Made by a program: the position numbers and the translations under genes. The notes beneath the pieces were generated by a model. The model did no database searches. It worked only from the letters and a program-made list of their open reading frames with translations, and was not told the DNA's origin. From Blastocystis sp. subtype 4 (lineage: Eukaryota): DNA of 64,000 nucleotides. Positions 11,901 to 25,388 of the stretch are shown piece after piece (positions within the stretch are counted from its first letter, which is position 1; each line of letters begins with the position of its first letter). The stretch lies in NCBI RefSeq assembly GCF_000743755.1, contig NW_014569540.1, forward strand, positions 1 to 64,000, in the 5' to 3' direction.

Positions 11901-13417
11901 GGTATTCGATCAGCTGGGTGATCAGGCTCCTGAAGTTGATCTTGATCTCCTTCAGCGAGCTGTGCGGACCGTGCATTCTCTCATTAAGCAAGGACATGTG
12001 CTTGCTGGTCACGATCGTTCAGATGGAGGTCTCTTAACGACAGTCCTCGAAATGGCATTTGCTGGTAATTGTGGATTAGAGTTGACAATTCCCGCGGAAG
12101 TGGATAGTGTTGCTTATCTCTTTAATGAAGGATTGGGAATGGTATTAGAAGTCGATGAAGTCTTGTGTCAACCACTGATGCGAACTCTTTCTGACAACCA
12201 TATTCCCGCGATTATTTTGGGATGGTCACAGCCTGAGCGTCATGTTACTGTACGTATTGAATGAGAAAGTGAATTGAAGATTCGGCAGGCAGATAAGATT
12301 CTCTTAGACGAAGAGTTGTTGACTCTTCGTGAAGCTTGGGAGCAGACAAGTTATGAACTAGAGAAACTGACGTATAACCAGTCATATGTGAAGAAGGTGA
12401 GAATAGGATTTGAAACTGATGTGTAGGATTATGAGGCCAGACGTATTGCTGGATCTCCACATTGGAATGTTACATACACACCAATGCCTACCAAGTCTTC
12501 TCTATTAAACTGTTCATCAAAGTATCGTGTAGCTGTGTTGAGAGAAGAAGTATGGCAGTGAATAGAGTGATAAGTGTAGGGAACGAATTGTGATCGAGAG
12601 ATGGTGGCTGCCTTCTATAAGGCAGGTCTGGAACCATGGGTACTTACAATAAGTGATTTGATTCAACGAAGAATTGACGTAACTCCTTTCTGTGGATTGA
12701 TATTCTGTGGAGGTTTCTCTTTTGGTGTAGGTTTGAGACATGATGAATGATTCAAAGGATGTTCTTGATAGTGCTCGTGGTTGGGCAGCTTGTATTCTCT
12801 ATAATGACATTATCCGTAAACAGTTCCAATGGTTCATTGAACAAGAGGATCGTTTCTCACTAGGAGTGTGTAATGGTTGTCAGTTGATGAGTCAAATCAA
12901 TTATGTCCCATTCTCCATTCCCGATCGATCTAAGCAACCTCGTTTCATTCAGAATAAGGCAGGAAAACTTGAATGTCGTTTTGTGAATGTTCGTATTGAG
13001 AAATCGAATTCAGTGCTTTTACGAGGTATGGAAGGATCGACTCTGGGTGTGTGGATTGCTCATGGTGAGGGACAATGTTATTGGCCTGATCAGGATATTA
13101 AGCGACAAGCAGAAGAACAAGGTTGTGTGGCTATGCGTTATGTTGATAATGACGGAAATCTGGCTACTGACTATCCTTACAATCCAAATGGATCAGAGGA
13201 CGGTATTGCTGCTTTGTGTTCACTAAATGGACACCATCTTAGTCTGATGCCACATCCGTAATGATGAGAACAAAGACTGAAGTGTAGAGAGAGATTACTG
13301 ACACGATGGGCGTGGCCTTATTGGCCTGAAGAATGGGATTTCATGGAGTCACCTTGGTTAAAGATGTTCCAGAATGCTCGTTTGTGGTGTGAAGAGATTC
13401 ATAGGAAAGAAGATTAA
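8910..13417 (+). CDS. PFAS: Large PurL / phosphoribosylformylglycinamidine synthase homolog (divergent synthetase site)
   Basis: [86 protein letters not shown]. Stop at 13415-13417. Confidence 0.93.
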
Positions 13418-13479
13418 GTAGATGTGTGTATTTGGTGGATTCGTTATGGGGTTTGATTTTGTTTACCCAAACACTTGTA

Positions 13480-15383
13480 TTATCGTACTATTAGCCATTT
13501 ATCCATGTTTACAGTAAGCACATTCTGAACAAATTCTTCCCAGTTCTTTCTTGTGATTGGATGCTGAATTTCTGAATTACGACACTCTTCATCATCGCAT
13601 TCATACAAGGAGAAAAAGAGACTTCCATTCATTCTATATACATCTTGAATTGCAAGAGCTAGGCGCGCCAAATACCCTCGATACAAATCTGCATGATCTA
13701 ACTTAGGGCGTCGAAGATGAGTGATAACGAAATGAGCCAAACCACAATTTCCAATCATATCCAGATTCAGAGAGGGTTGATTACATGCTAAAGCTGTCTC
13801 GAAATACTCTGTTACAGCTTCATGGAGAATACTATTGAGTGGATGAAGAGAGAAGAGTTTGAGAAGAGAGGAATGAACTCCATACATGATCAAGGTGTGA
13901 ATAGAATGAAGATCGATTTGATTCACAATGCATTCCAACAGTTTCACTAATTGAATCTTCACGATCCCTGCTCGAGTTATTGGACCTATTGTAGAAGCAA
14001 TATCACCTTCTAATGTGTAAGTGAATTCAACAGGATCTGGTTCTGGTGAGACTTCACGTGAAGGAGGTGATGGTTTCATTGATTGTTCAGGAGGAGTTTG
14101 TGGAATCATATTGAGCTGCGGAAGAGATTCAATAGAAGTGACAGTGGCTTTGAGAATCTAGGTTTCATTCTTATTCTACTCATACTGGTGTTGATAGCAG
14201 ATAGAGGTTAATAAGAGGAATATGATCAAGGATCAGATTCAATACTGGGTCCTTTTCAATCTCCTTAGCTGAATTCTCAATAAGATAGCTGCTTAGCAAT
14301 TGAATGCGTCGAGATAGGGTACTTGGCTGCTCCATTAGCTTACGAATGATTCGACGATGACTTGGCAAAGATGTATTAAATACTAATTCCCGCGGGATAC
14401 TTAAAGGAGCGTTTCTAGGTAAGAAGAGAAGAACAAGACATACATCCCTTGAATATGTAAAATGTGATACAGCATTTGAAGTACAATGCACGTATCCTTA
14501 AACGGTTTGTTTGCAAGGAGTGGAGCAATTGAAGAAGAATGAGTTTCCGAACGCAATCTACCCTTCATAAAACAGTATATAATTACTCTGGAAGGATAAA
14601 TTCAACACGTGGCGAAGAATAATCCGAATTCATTGCTTGTAACATACGGATTGATGAATGCTTGTAGATGTTATTATCGCGAATATCGACATATTCAACA
14701 ACAGAATTATTGTCTACAATTAAGAAAAATTGAAAATATCACCTAAATAGTCACATAAATACGATACACCAGGATCACTGATATCATTATTCCGAAGATG
14801 CAAACGACGAAGCAATTTATTGTGGAGTAAGGAAGTCAAAAGAAACTGCAAACCTTGATTGCCAATACTATTGTCATCCAGATAAAGCTCTTCAATCTGT
14901 GATACTTTCAAGCCACAAAGCCGTAAAATACTCTTTTCATTTAGTCTACTATCACAATCACTCATAATCTTCACTGAATATTACACATTCGAAGGCACTG
15001 AAGTTTATGATCTAACATAAGACTTTGAATCAGTGTAGGACTGTTTTCAAATAACCAATTGTGACTATCAATAATCAAAGCACCTCACATATACGATAAA
15101 ACAAGTTCACAAATCATATCTTTCCCCTTAATTGCATTCAGAAAGATATGTAATCCAGAATACGTAAACTACGTATCAGCCGAACAATTTACAGTTACAT
15201 TATTATCAGAAATATCTATACGACGAATCGAAATGAATCGACCCATAAGTTGCGCAATAGCAGACAAATCATCATCTGACAATCCACGGTCTATTGATCA
15301 ATAGTTGAAGGTATTATACTTGACAAATCAATACTTTCTACATCGTCCGGCAGTTGAGCTAGACATTCCGTCGCACTCAACAT
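13480..15383 (-). CDS. LRR protein with a C-terminal SAPS/PP6R-like segment
   Basis: RI-type LRRs (IEELYLDDNSIGNQGLQFL, LRRLHLRNNDISDPGVSYL). C-terminus LHPLNSILH..YRGYLARLA..WEEFVQNVL resembles the SIT4-associated protein core. Start approximate. Confidence 0.55.
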
Positions 15384-15534
15384 CTACAGATGATGTAAGA
15401 AAGTAAACACCACCTCTTCCTTACAATATCTTCAATCCAAGAACAACAAGTCGGAGGATTCCTGTGATTACCAAAAGACTGTTCGTTCCACCAATAGTTT
15501 CAGGATCTATTTCGGTGTTCACCATTGTTGCGGA

Positions 15535-18500
15535 ATGGTGTGCCATTTTCTTTTCATTGTACTTGCTTTCCTTTTAAAAGCGGGTTGTGGTTCTCCATGT
15601 GGAAGGAAAGAATGTGATACTTGTATCGAGGCCGCCAAAGCTATCCCTCATTGGAATGGAGACTCAGTACCTTGTAGTTTCGATTTTGATAATTCATTAG
15701 TCATTGAACAGTTCGTATTATCGATGCAGTAGCTATTTGACAAATTATTCAACAGTTCGTTCTGTAGTCATTCTTCCTAATAAAACAGAAGTATTTTTAG
15801 ACACAGATGCTGTGTACCTGGTATTGTTCTTTCTCTGAGTTCTAGACAGGATAAATATGATCAATGGCTCTCAATGGGAGGAAAATATGCTTCACAGTAT
15901 TGTAAGAATCTTGTAGGCCGTTTCTTTTGTATGGAAACGTTTCCTCCTTGTTATTCTTCCTCTCAATATGCAGTATATCCGTGTCGCAAGACATGTGATG
16001 TATTGGAATCCTATTGTCACCAGTATACTCCTGTTGATTGTCCGAGAGATGGTCCTTATATGAATGCAACTGAAGTCGGAACTGGAACTCATTACAATAG
16101 TAATAATGAATTGCAAAGCTGTTTTCAACTGGATCAAATTGTGATGTCATATCCAAATCGAATTCTTTTCATTATTCCTTAACACTACTCCTCGCTGTCT
16201 TCAATCCAACCTAACATGCAAGAATGGATCTAGTTTTCATCCTGAATGTACTCATGTTGTTCTGATCTTTCGGATTCATTTCTAGTGTGTTTGTACTTCA
16301 GTAGGTTCAGGCATCGATTGTGGTTCTTGTGGAACAGATAAAGACTGTATGAACCGAACTCATTGTGTTCATTCTCCTTCCTTCACTTCTGAGACTCTTC
16401 GCGACATGACATGTCAAGGGAGAAAAGGAGCATTTACAGAGTTGTTAGGATCGTTTCATCTCTCACTTCATCAACTATCGCAACACCAGCTTGATCTTCA
16501 ATTGTACTCAGCATCCTATGATTCTATTCACACACTTACAATTCAGTGTCATTACCAACAATGTCACTTGATTTCTGGGGCTGATTGTTCTTCCTTCTTA
16601 TCTGGTTTTAGTAACTGCATTGAATGTTTGGACTTTTCTTGTTCTGTGAATCTGTCTGATGAACTTCGGGTATATCCAACAGACAATCTCACGTTCCCCG
16701 TGACTGAGAATGGTCCTGTGTATTATAGCTACACACCATTACTCAATCCATTCATGTTTCTATTCGCCTCACCAAGTTCTAATCAGTCTAGTATTTTTGG
16801 TTGTCATACTGAAGGAGATTGTCGTTGGATTCATGTACAAAATTGGCTCGATTTTTGTCATCTAGAATAATGCTTATCAAGAACAATTGGAGTGTTCCAT
16901 AGGCGTTTGTATGCCTTCTACAGACTCTTCAAATGAGTTATACTTCACTTCTTCCTCAACTATAGGAATGGATTTACATTGGTGATTTACATATTCCTGC
17001 TTAATCTCCCTGTCATTTTAATTATCATCTATCTCTTCACTCGGAATAGCAGATCTCCAACTCCTAAAGAACCAATTCACTTCGAACGTAAACCCATGTC
17101 GTTGTGATACATTGCTGGCTTTTATTGATAGAGTACAATTGTGTCAGAGTCCTGATATGTATGCGATTGATGAGTACTATGACGAGTTGGATGAAACATC
17201 AACACCTTCTGTTGACAATGTACATGCATGCATCTTGAATGAAGAATAGACACTGTGTTGGAAGAATCTTGTTCTCAAAGAGTATTCAGTGGTCAATGAA
17301 ACATCAACACAGGGTTTTTGGGATCGTATGAAGCAGAAGATTCGATCAACCTGTCATCCAAAACGAACAGAGCATGTGACAATTAATTCTCCGTTTGGAT
17401 ATTTATCGACACAAGGAGGTATAATAAGTGTTGTTGGGCGAAATGGTCTGATTTCTGGAATTCCATAATTCACAGGTAGTACCTTCTTACGGAGTTTATA
17501 TGGTTATACAGATCACCGGAATGACATAATCACGGGAAATATCTATTATAATGGAGATCAGTTGTCATCATCAGAGATCCTAATGTTGGTCTCTTATATT
17601 GAGAAGGATGGCTGGCTATGTGATTCTCTTACTGTACAAGAATATATTACTCAGACAATTCAATTGAATTTCCCTGCTTGGGTGTAGATATGTGATTTGA
17701 GTTTAAGGATAGTGATGAGGAGGAACGGAAGACGCAGAGTCAGGAGATTCTCTCTGATTTGGAACTTCAACAATACCGAGATACACTAATAAGAGATTTG
17801 TCTCATCAAAAACAAATCATGTTACAGTGCGATGACTGAGAATAATGATGAATAGAATTGCTTTGGAGATTCAGAGTAATCATCGTCTGATTCTGTTTGA
17901 TAATGCATTGGCTGATTTTACTCCTGATGAGTTGATGATGGTCTTTATGAATGATTTGTCTTATTAGAAGATCTTCCGTTATATGAAGCAAGTTTGCCGA
18001 ACAGGGATACTGTTTCTTGTGTATGGAAAATCACCCAATGCTACTATCTTCAATTATACTGATTCTGTTCTTGTATTGAGTGACATAGGATCTGTATTGT
18101 ATTCAGGAACTATTCATGAAGCTAAACAAGTGTTATATGATAAAAACTATGATCCTCAACCTAATTATAACTCAATGGATTGTCTTTATCATATAGTAAC
18201 AAATCTTACGTCTATCTCTCATTCTCTTAGTTAACCTATGGTGATACGTTCCTCAAACAATCATTAGCATCAGCCTTCCTATCCAGCACTACGTATTCAT
18301 GTTAACACTAATCATCATCAGATCGAAGAGTATTCGTGATCAACTCAGTATCAAAGACCAGAATCCTGATTCATTCTCTTCTAGTGAACGGAATCCTTAC
18401 ATCAAACGGATTACTGAAATACGAGAAACAGTCACCAAGACAGAGCGAATTCGAGGTGTTTCAGCTCGGCTTCACAAGTGTATGACAAGGAATTCGCTCT

Positions 18501-19589
18501 GTTGGATTCATTGTCTCCTGGCCTTGTTCTTGAGTGTGATACTGGGATTCTTGTTCTATCAACTCCCACACACCCGTGATGGTATTGAGAAGAGGGAAAA
18601 TCTGTTTCATATTATTGTATTTCCAAATTTCGACTTGATATTTGTAGTGTACAATTTCTCTTTTAGCAGGAGTTTCATCCAGTATATTCAATACGAAGGA
18701 TTTTCGTGTATTCGTTCATGATCACATAAGTCGTTTCTGTCCTGTTCACATTTACCGAATTGTGTATTTTCTGATGGATTTCTGGTATTTGCGAATAATC
18801 CCAACGCTCATTTTTATATCCTTTCTTTTGTTAATTCTATTTTTCCTTCATTTTTTTACCTTCCATTATTCTTCGTTCTTTCCGGATTATCACATTCATC
18901 AACAGAAAATTCGGTTGAAAAATTCGTCTTATTTTTTATCATCATTGTATTGGCATTCTCTAGTTGTTCTTCTCTCTTCTCTCGTATTCTGATTCGTATG
19001 ATATCATAAATTAGTGTGTGTTGGTTATCACCCACTGAGTGTTCTATTTGTCTTGTATATTGCTGTTGCACTTATCTATGTAATTTCTACTTCGAACGGA
19101 TTCGATTACTTCGTTGTCTTAATTGAATTTATGTCTCACTTTCAGCTTCATTTAGCATATCTCTTCCCGCCTGTTGTTGCATATCGTGCTTTAATGTTCG
19201 TCGAGTTTAAAGGAAGCTTGTATAATATTCATCTTTGGAACCGTAAAGGAGCTGAAATAGTCTTAACTGGAGATGAAATTCTTGAATATGTTGACTCATG
19301 TCTCTCGAGTGATGTGTAGAATGGGATTAACCCTTCGGTTAGTCTGGGATCTTATATTCTCATCCTCACTCTTTGGAATATTGTAATGCTTCTTATCTCG
19401 TATCTCTACTATCAGAAGATCTGTTCTGATATGAATTGTCATTTGAAAACCAGAAGAGAACAGAATCGTGAGAATTGGAAACGGCCAAAGAATGAATATC
19501 AAGTTCGTGAATCATCTTTGAGTACTGTATATGGAGATATTGTTCATCTGAATCCAGCAGAAGATGAATTGTTACGTAGTCTTGTATAG
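15535..19589 (+). CDS. ABCG/ADP1-like half transporter with Cys-rich extracellular N-terminus and degenerate NBD
   Basis: Signal peptide, Cys-rich frizzled-like region (CMETFPPC..YPCRKTC), TM helix, NBD remnants (LTVQEYI, DSVLVLSDIGSVLYSG), ABC2 membrane domain (LGFLFYQL, YFLMDFWYLRIIP, ALMFVEF). Confidence 0.7.
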
Positions 19590-19637
19590 TCCACATTTGT
19601 TTGTATTTCTTCATATGCCATTAGTAAAATAAACAAG

Positions 19638-21400
19638 TCAATCCAGCATTTGTACAATGTTATCTTTCATGATCTTCACAAATCGTTCCGTACTAAAGAT
19701 GCGACTCTTTTCTCGAGCATTATTTGAAACATCTCGCATTTCTCGTTCATGAGATAGAATGAAACTCAAAGCAGTTACATATTCATCCACAGAAGCAGCT
19801 AAGAAACCTACAGGTTTCTCTCCAGAATGCAGAGTATCCAATGAATACACACCATTGGTCTGTGGATAAGCAGGGACTATGATATCTTCTTTAGGTCCAG
19901 CACTATTATGTGCAACGACAATCAGACCAGCAGCCTATGAATGAGTATTCTTTCCAGAACGAACAATCATTTCAACTACGCAGATCCCAAAATGTTCGTT
20001 CCACATTGTATGTAAACCGATTAAGCTTGTCGCCAAATAATGTTGAAGTTGTGAATATGGAGCCTAAGCATAAGATAAGACATATTTCAATACATTCACT
20101 TCAAAAACAACATGATTCGTCAGATCCAAATCGACAACGATTCGCTTCAATTCAGCTACTCGTTCTTCATCTTCCTTATTCCGACAACCTCCAACAAGAA
20201 TCAGTCGAACATCCGAATACTGATCATCTTTCGATCATTCAATTCTGAATCATTTACCAATATCAAGTAGTTTTCTCAGTATGTATAATTGCTTAATATG
20301 ATCCTTCTCAGGTCTGAATTGCCCAATGGAGAGAATATCACGACGTCTTGGCTCACCAAGACCCAATGTGCGATGATCCGATGTATCACATGGAGGATAG
20401 ACAATGCTCGTTTCTATATGATGATGTGGATTGAAGGATGCAAACTCTCAGGTTGACGCCATTGTGAAATGATATGATTGTAGGTCCAAGTGCCATTGAC
20501 CATTACCATATCGGCACTGCGTCCAACAACACCATATACTGCGCTGAAAAGTTTGTAATAGCTAAATATGAAGAAAAGAGAGAATTGAGACATCAACTTG
20601 AGTGTACTCACTGTTGTGCTGTTACTAACAAATGCATCATTGTTGTACGTTGTACGTTTTTCACGAACTCTCTGCAACATATCTGTGCTGATCGTTGGAT
20701 AATGAGTATAAGAGAGGACTGTCGCTCCAGTGAGCATTTTTACAATGGGATAGGTAAAAGCAAGACCTGTAGTATCAAAAAAGATGTCTGGAACGAATTG
20801 CTTCAATCCATCGATAACAACCACCATTGAGGCGAGAGATTGAAGTAACATTGTGAAATGAGGATAGCTATAACTGAGATAATGAAAATACAGCGACTTT
20901 GATGCTTCTAACCACTTGCGTGATGATAAATGGACAATCTCTAAGCTAAACGACGGATTGATATTAAAGTGAAGAATATCCTTCATGTCACTGTTACATC
21001 CCCACTCTTACTTTGGTCTTTTTTAGGATCTCTTCTTTCGATTCTTTGTCTCCGGTGTAGATAACACAGTGAATCGGTTGGAATCTAGATTAAGAAAACA
21101 GCCAAAACGGTCATACTCTGCAATCTCCTGTAATCCCTGAACGGCACCCCAGAGAACTTTTTCTCCTCCTCCACAACTGTTAGCATATGGATGGAAAAAT
21201 CCAACAGTTTTAGCTATCTAGATCATTAGAATATGGAAGACTACAGAAATACCTTTCCATTGATTGTTATGCTTCGTTTCTTTGTTGAAAAATAACATTT
21301 ACTGAATCCGAAAACTGCTAGACATGCTAAAACGAGAAGGATTGCCAAACCATCCCTATCTCTTAAAGTGGTATCATATCGATTACATGCATAATACCAT
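19638..21400 (-). CDS. ALG11: Alpha-1,2-mannosyltransferase ALG11
   Basis: [71 protein letters not shown]. Confidence 0.93.
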
Positions 21401-21758
21401 CCCCTTCACGAGTTGTTCAAAGAAAACTACCATTAAATGAGACCACTTGTGGGATTATTCTTGTACCTGGAGTTGGTTCAATTCTTCTTATGTAAACTGA
21501 AAAGAAATAGTCTCATTCACTGATTACTGAAACAGGAACATGATCTGTACAATCTTATCAGCTGACAAGGCGAACAAGAATCTTTAAGTAGATATTGTGT
21601 ACCTTATATTGTTATGGAAACGAAAAGCTCTGCATATAGTACAACAAAAGAGAGCTTTGACTCTGACTATCTAACGAACAGATGTGCAGATGACAAGTAA
21701 TCTGTTTTAAGAATTGCGTAACACGATGTAGTGTTAGTAATACGACATTTTGGAATAG

Positions 21759-22030
21759 TGTACAGGAATTGTCAATGCAGGAGAAATCGTTGTATGCGTA
21801 TGAAAACTACTTTATCGAATTACAAATAGAGATGTTGATTATTCGCGAGGACAAATCAATGTACGTACTAATTCCTAGTCACTCATTCATAGCCACGGAA
21901 GGAGAAAGAGTTATTTATCACTCGTTTATTTCGTAACCTAGCGTATTTTCTATTCTTTGCTAGTCTTACAGTTGATTATGTATTGTCGATGATAGTTTCT
22001 TAATCCTAGGTGTACACATCTTATACCTCG
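21759..22030 (+). CDS. Micro-exon fragment of an unidentified gene (ends unresolved)
   Basis: Four consecutive GT..AG introns (21792-21829, 21861-21892, 21933-21963, 21980-22009) join 16-40 nt exons into an open frame VQELSMQEKSLDVDYSRGQINPRKEKELFITRLFLLQLIMCTHLIP. Confidence 0.4.
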
Positions 22031-22380
22031 TATGTAGACCAACTATGGGATGTCTTCATATCCTGTAATGTATCGTATTTGTTGTTACTGCTGTTTATGT
22101 CATGTGAGGATCCAGTATTTATGTTTATCTTCGTTATTGGAGTATGTTTTCCTTATTGAGGACTGAATATCAGTTCATTGGCGCGCGATGTTATACCATT
22201 TCTCTCCATCAGAAGTATCCAGTCAAGTGGGTAGTCAATCCAGCTCAATCATCTGTAAGAAACATGTATAGGATACCATATAGCTTTATTCCTTGATCTT
22301 CTTCTTTGGCTTTTTTATCTTGGATCAGATTGTCGAACTATGGAAATCTGATTAAAATGTTTATTAAGAAACAGAAACGG

Positions 22381-25350
22381 TCACTTCGAGAAAGGAAACA
22401 TGATATGCTGACTAGCATACTCCGCTGCTGTCTCTGCTTCATCAGTCCATCCAATCTCTCTCATAAACTCATTCTATCCCTCATCCTCCATGTTCATCAT
22501 TACATCACTCATATTCTTCGTGCTTTCAACTCCTAGCAAGTTGCTAATATCCAGGTCCTATTTCTCACACAACACAATCTCACTAACACTCACAGGAGCA
22601 TCCTTTTTATCCTTTTTCACACTCTCATCATCTTCATCTCCTCCTTTTCCCTTGTGAGGCAATTGATAAATCTCTTTCAAAGAACGAGGAGGTAAACCCG
22701 CTGGTAAGGATATATTAAACTCTTCACTAAACTGTTTCATCATATCCTCAGCATCTGAAGACAGAGAAATAGCCTTCAATTCATTTCAATTCATATCCTT
22801 ACATCATCTTCAACTACACTACCCAAATGACACAATTCGGACCGAATATGATCCAGACCCAATTGTTCCCGAATCATTTGTTGTTCCGAAATCTGTTCAG
22901 GAGTCAGCATATTGCTAATGTTATCAAGAAAACGTTTAACACTTGGATTTATGTACTCATCAGGAATGATAGGGTCAATAGATACACCCTTCTCCGTGAA
23001 CTGTAGTGGAATATAAGGAACTGTGTTCCGTAATGGAGCTGAAGGATTGTAAGGAAGCGTATTTGGAGTATACACAAGGAACTTATCAGCAGGATCATCA
23101 GATGAAGAGAGCTGACGGAACTGACCTCGATCCATCATAATCTTCAATTGCTGCTCGTTTGTGATGTGTTCAGAAGCTTCGTATTGAGAGAGTTCTTCTA
23201 ATGATGCTGGTGATTTTGGTAACTTCACCTCTGTGATAGTAATACCATTGAAAAGACAGCGGTCATTTGCAAGAATCTTCTGAATAGTTGGTGTTCCATC
23301 AGCACAAGCTCTTTGTACGATCTGAGGGAATCTACTAATGTAAGCAACATTATTCAAATCATCAACACACAACATAAGGATCAGCGAGAAGATTATCGCT
23401 TCATTGAATGGAAAAGTATCAAGAATCCATTCTAGCCTCGATCGCTCATCATCTCCCATTCTATCAATACTTACATAATTGACTCACTGTCTGTTACATC
23501 CGCACATTCACGAATAATTGTCATCAAACGCTCCAAACGCTCATTTACCACATCACTCATTGGCTCCAATATCTGACGTAATTCCTCCTGTGTAGTGGGA
23601 CGTCTCTTCATAATCTGAAGGATTCGCATCAAAGGAAGTACGTACTGCACACTTTCATCGTTCCTATAGTAAATACCCATCAAAGAGCTTACTCTCGAGC
23701 AACGACATCACGCCAATAGTACAATGACAAAAACAGTGTTTTATTGTTCAAACCCAATTGTAACCCCAATCTAATTTCTGATTCCAATCCTCATGAATTA
23801 CTCCGCAATTGCAGTTTCACCTGTTTCGTATGTTTGAACGGGTTTATGATAAGTTAGCAAACACAACTCATTACAAGCAGCCAGAGCTTCCACCATCTAT
23901 TTATCATATCATAAGACAGTCCTTACTCGATTTGCATGTGCATCACTCAGATTCCTCAAACGTTCTACCAACCCATACGTGATGTGTTGAAGGAAATGAG
24001 TTAGCTGACGCATGAATAATTGCATTTCAGGAGTCAATGGCCGAGTTCTAGAATTCATTCACATTCCTTATCATGACCTCCAATCAGCTCTCATATATCG
24101 CATATTTACATACTCCTTCACGGTAGATAATACTACCTCGCCAAAACCTATTTTCTTCTCACCCAGAAGAGTGAGAGCAACTTGGAGATCGAATAGGTTT
24201 ACCATAAATACCCCAAAATCACGTTGTAACCAGAGTAACTGATTTTCAGCGTTAAACATTATTTTTAAAACAGACGGATCTGTGAAGAGCTCATTCAGAA
24301 GCCAACAACTGTCATGACACTCAATTGCATCAATCGCATAATCAGCAGTTGGAGATGAAATCTATTTTAATCACATCATTCCTAGAGTTCTACCATAATA
24401 ATACTAGAATAACCAAGATAGGAACGATAGCGATGCTGAATCACACTCACACTGATCATGGGACAATTACGTAACTGAACAACCAAATCACGAATTCCGT
24501 TTTCTGTTGTTATCATTGTGAAGGGAGTTTCATCCAGAGATCGTAAAGGCGCCACTTCGAATTCACCATTGATCTCCCAATCAGAGTACTCGATATCTAA
24601 ATGAAAGAAACGAAACAGAAGTACTGTGAATTTCGTAAGAATAGGGATTCCGATAAATGCTGATCAGTTGGGTTTTGGGATCAATACCCAGTTCACGCAT
24701 ATAATCATCCTGAAAGAAGATTCCAGGAATACGAGAGATTTCTTCATTTTTCCAAGGACAACGGGTATTATGTTTGATTCGGAGTTTGGGAGCAAAATTT
24801 AAATCCATAGCATCCACACGATCGTCGAATTGATTCTGCGGTTTTCCTTTAGTCAAATTGTACTTGATGAGAGGAAAATGGATGCGCTTCTGAGTATCTT
24901 CAATGAGTTTCTGGACAATTATAACAGACTTCTTACACTCACTTCACAAGACTCGACACTCGTATCTTGAGATTCTGAAGAAGACAGGCACGACTCTACC
25001 AATGCAAAAATAAAGTCCTCTAGTTGGCTAATAATTTCGTAATCACCTCCGGATTCCAATTCAGGAATCTCCAGGAGACTCAGACCGTTATTCGGTTCGT
25101 ACTATATATAACACTCCACACCAATGAGAACGAGGTCAAAGAGACATTGAAAGCCGGAAATACTCTGTGTTTTAACAAAGTTACACATTGAGGTAAACTC
25201 TGGAAAAGCAGTAAAGTAGTTGTAATCCCCCAGTACTGGAATGCTGTCACATAGCTAATCATCATTCAGGGAGAAAGTAAGCACATTTCGAGACATGGTT
25301 AACAAGGACTCTATGGAGTTATCTCCACCCTCGTTCGGTTGTTCAGACAT
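22381..25350 (-). CDS. RRP6/EXOSC10 homolog, predicted catalytically inactive
   Basis: KPQNQF..FAPKLRIKHN, NPYSYEI, YRSYLG, LNELFTDPSVLKI, WLQRDFGVFMVNLFD, ADWRTRPLTPEM, and HRDC-like DESVQYVLP. Spliced end at TGA 22381. Confidence 0.85.
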
Positions 25351-25388
25351 GAGTTCAGGAGAAATACTCATTCCTAGAATATGGGAAA

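Noticed and set aside
8910..13417. Fragmented ORFs as pseudogenes, frameshifts or an alternative genetic code
   Set aside because: The breaks examined are bridged by ~30-nt GT..AG introns under the standard code.
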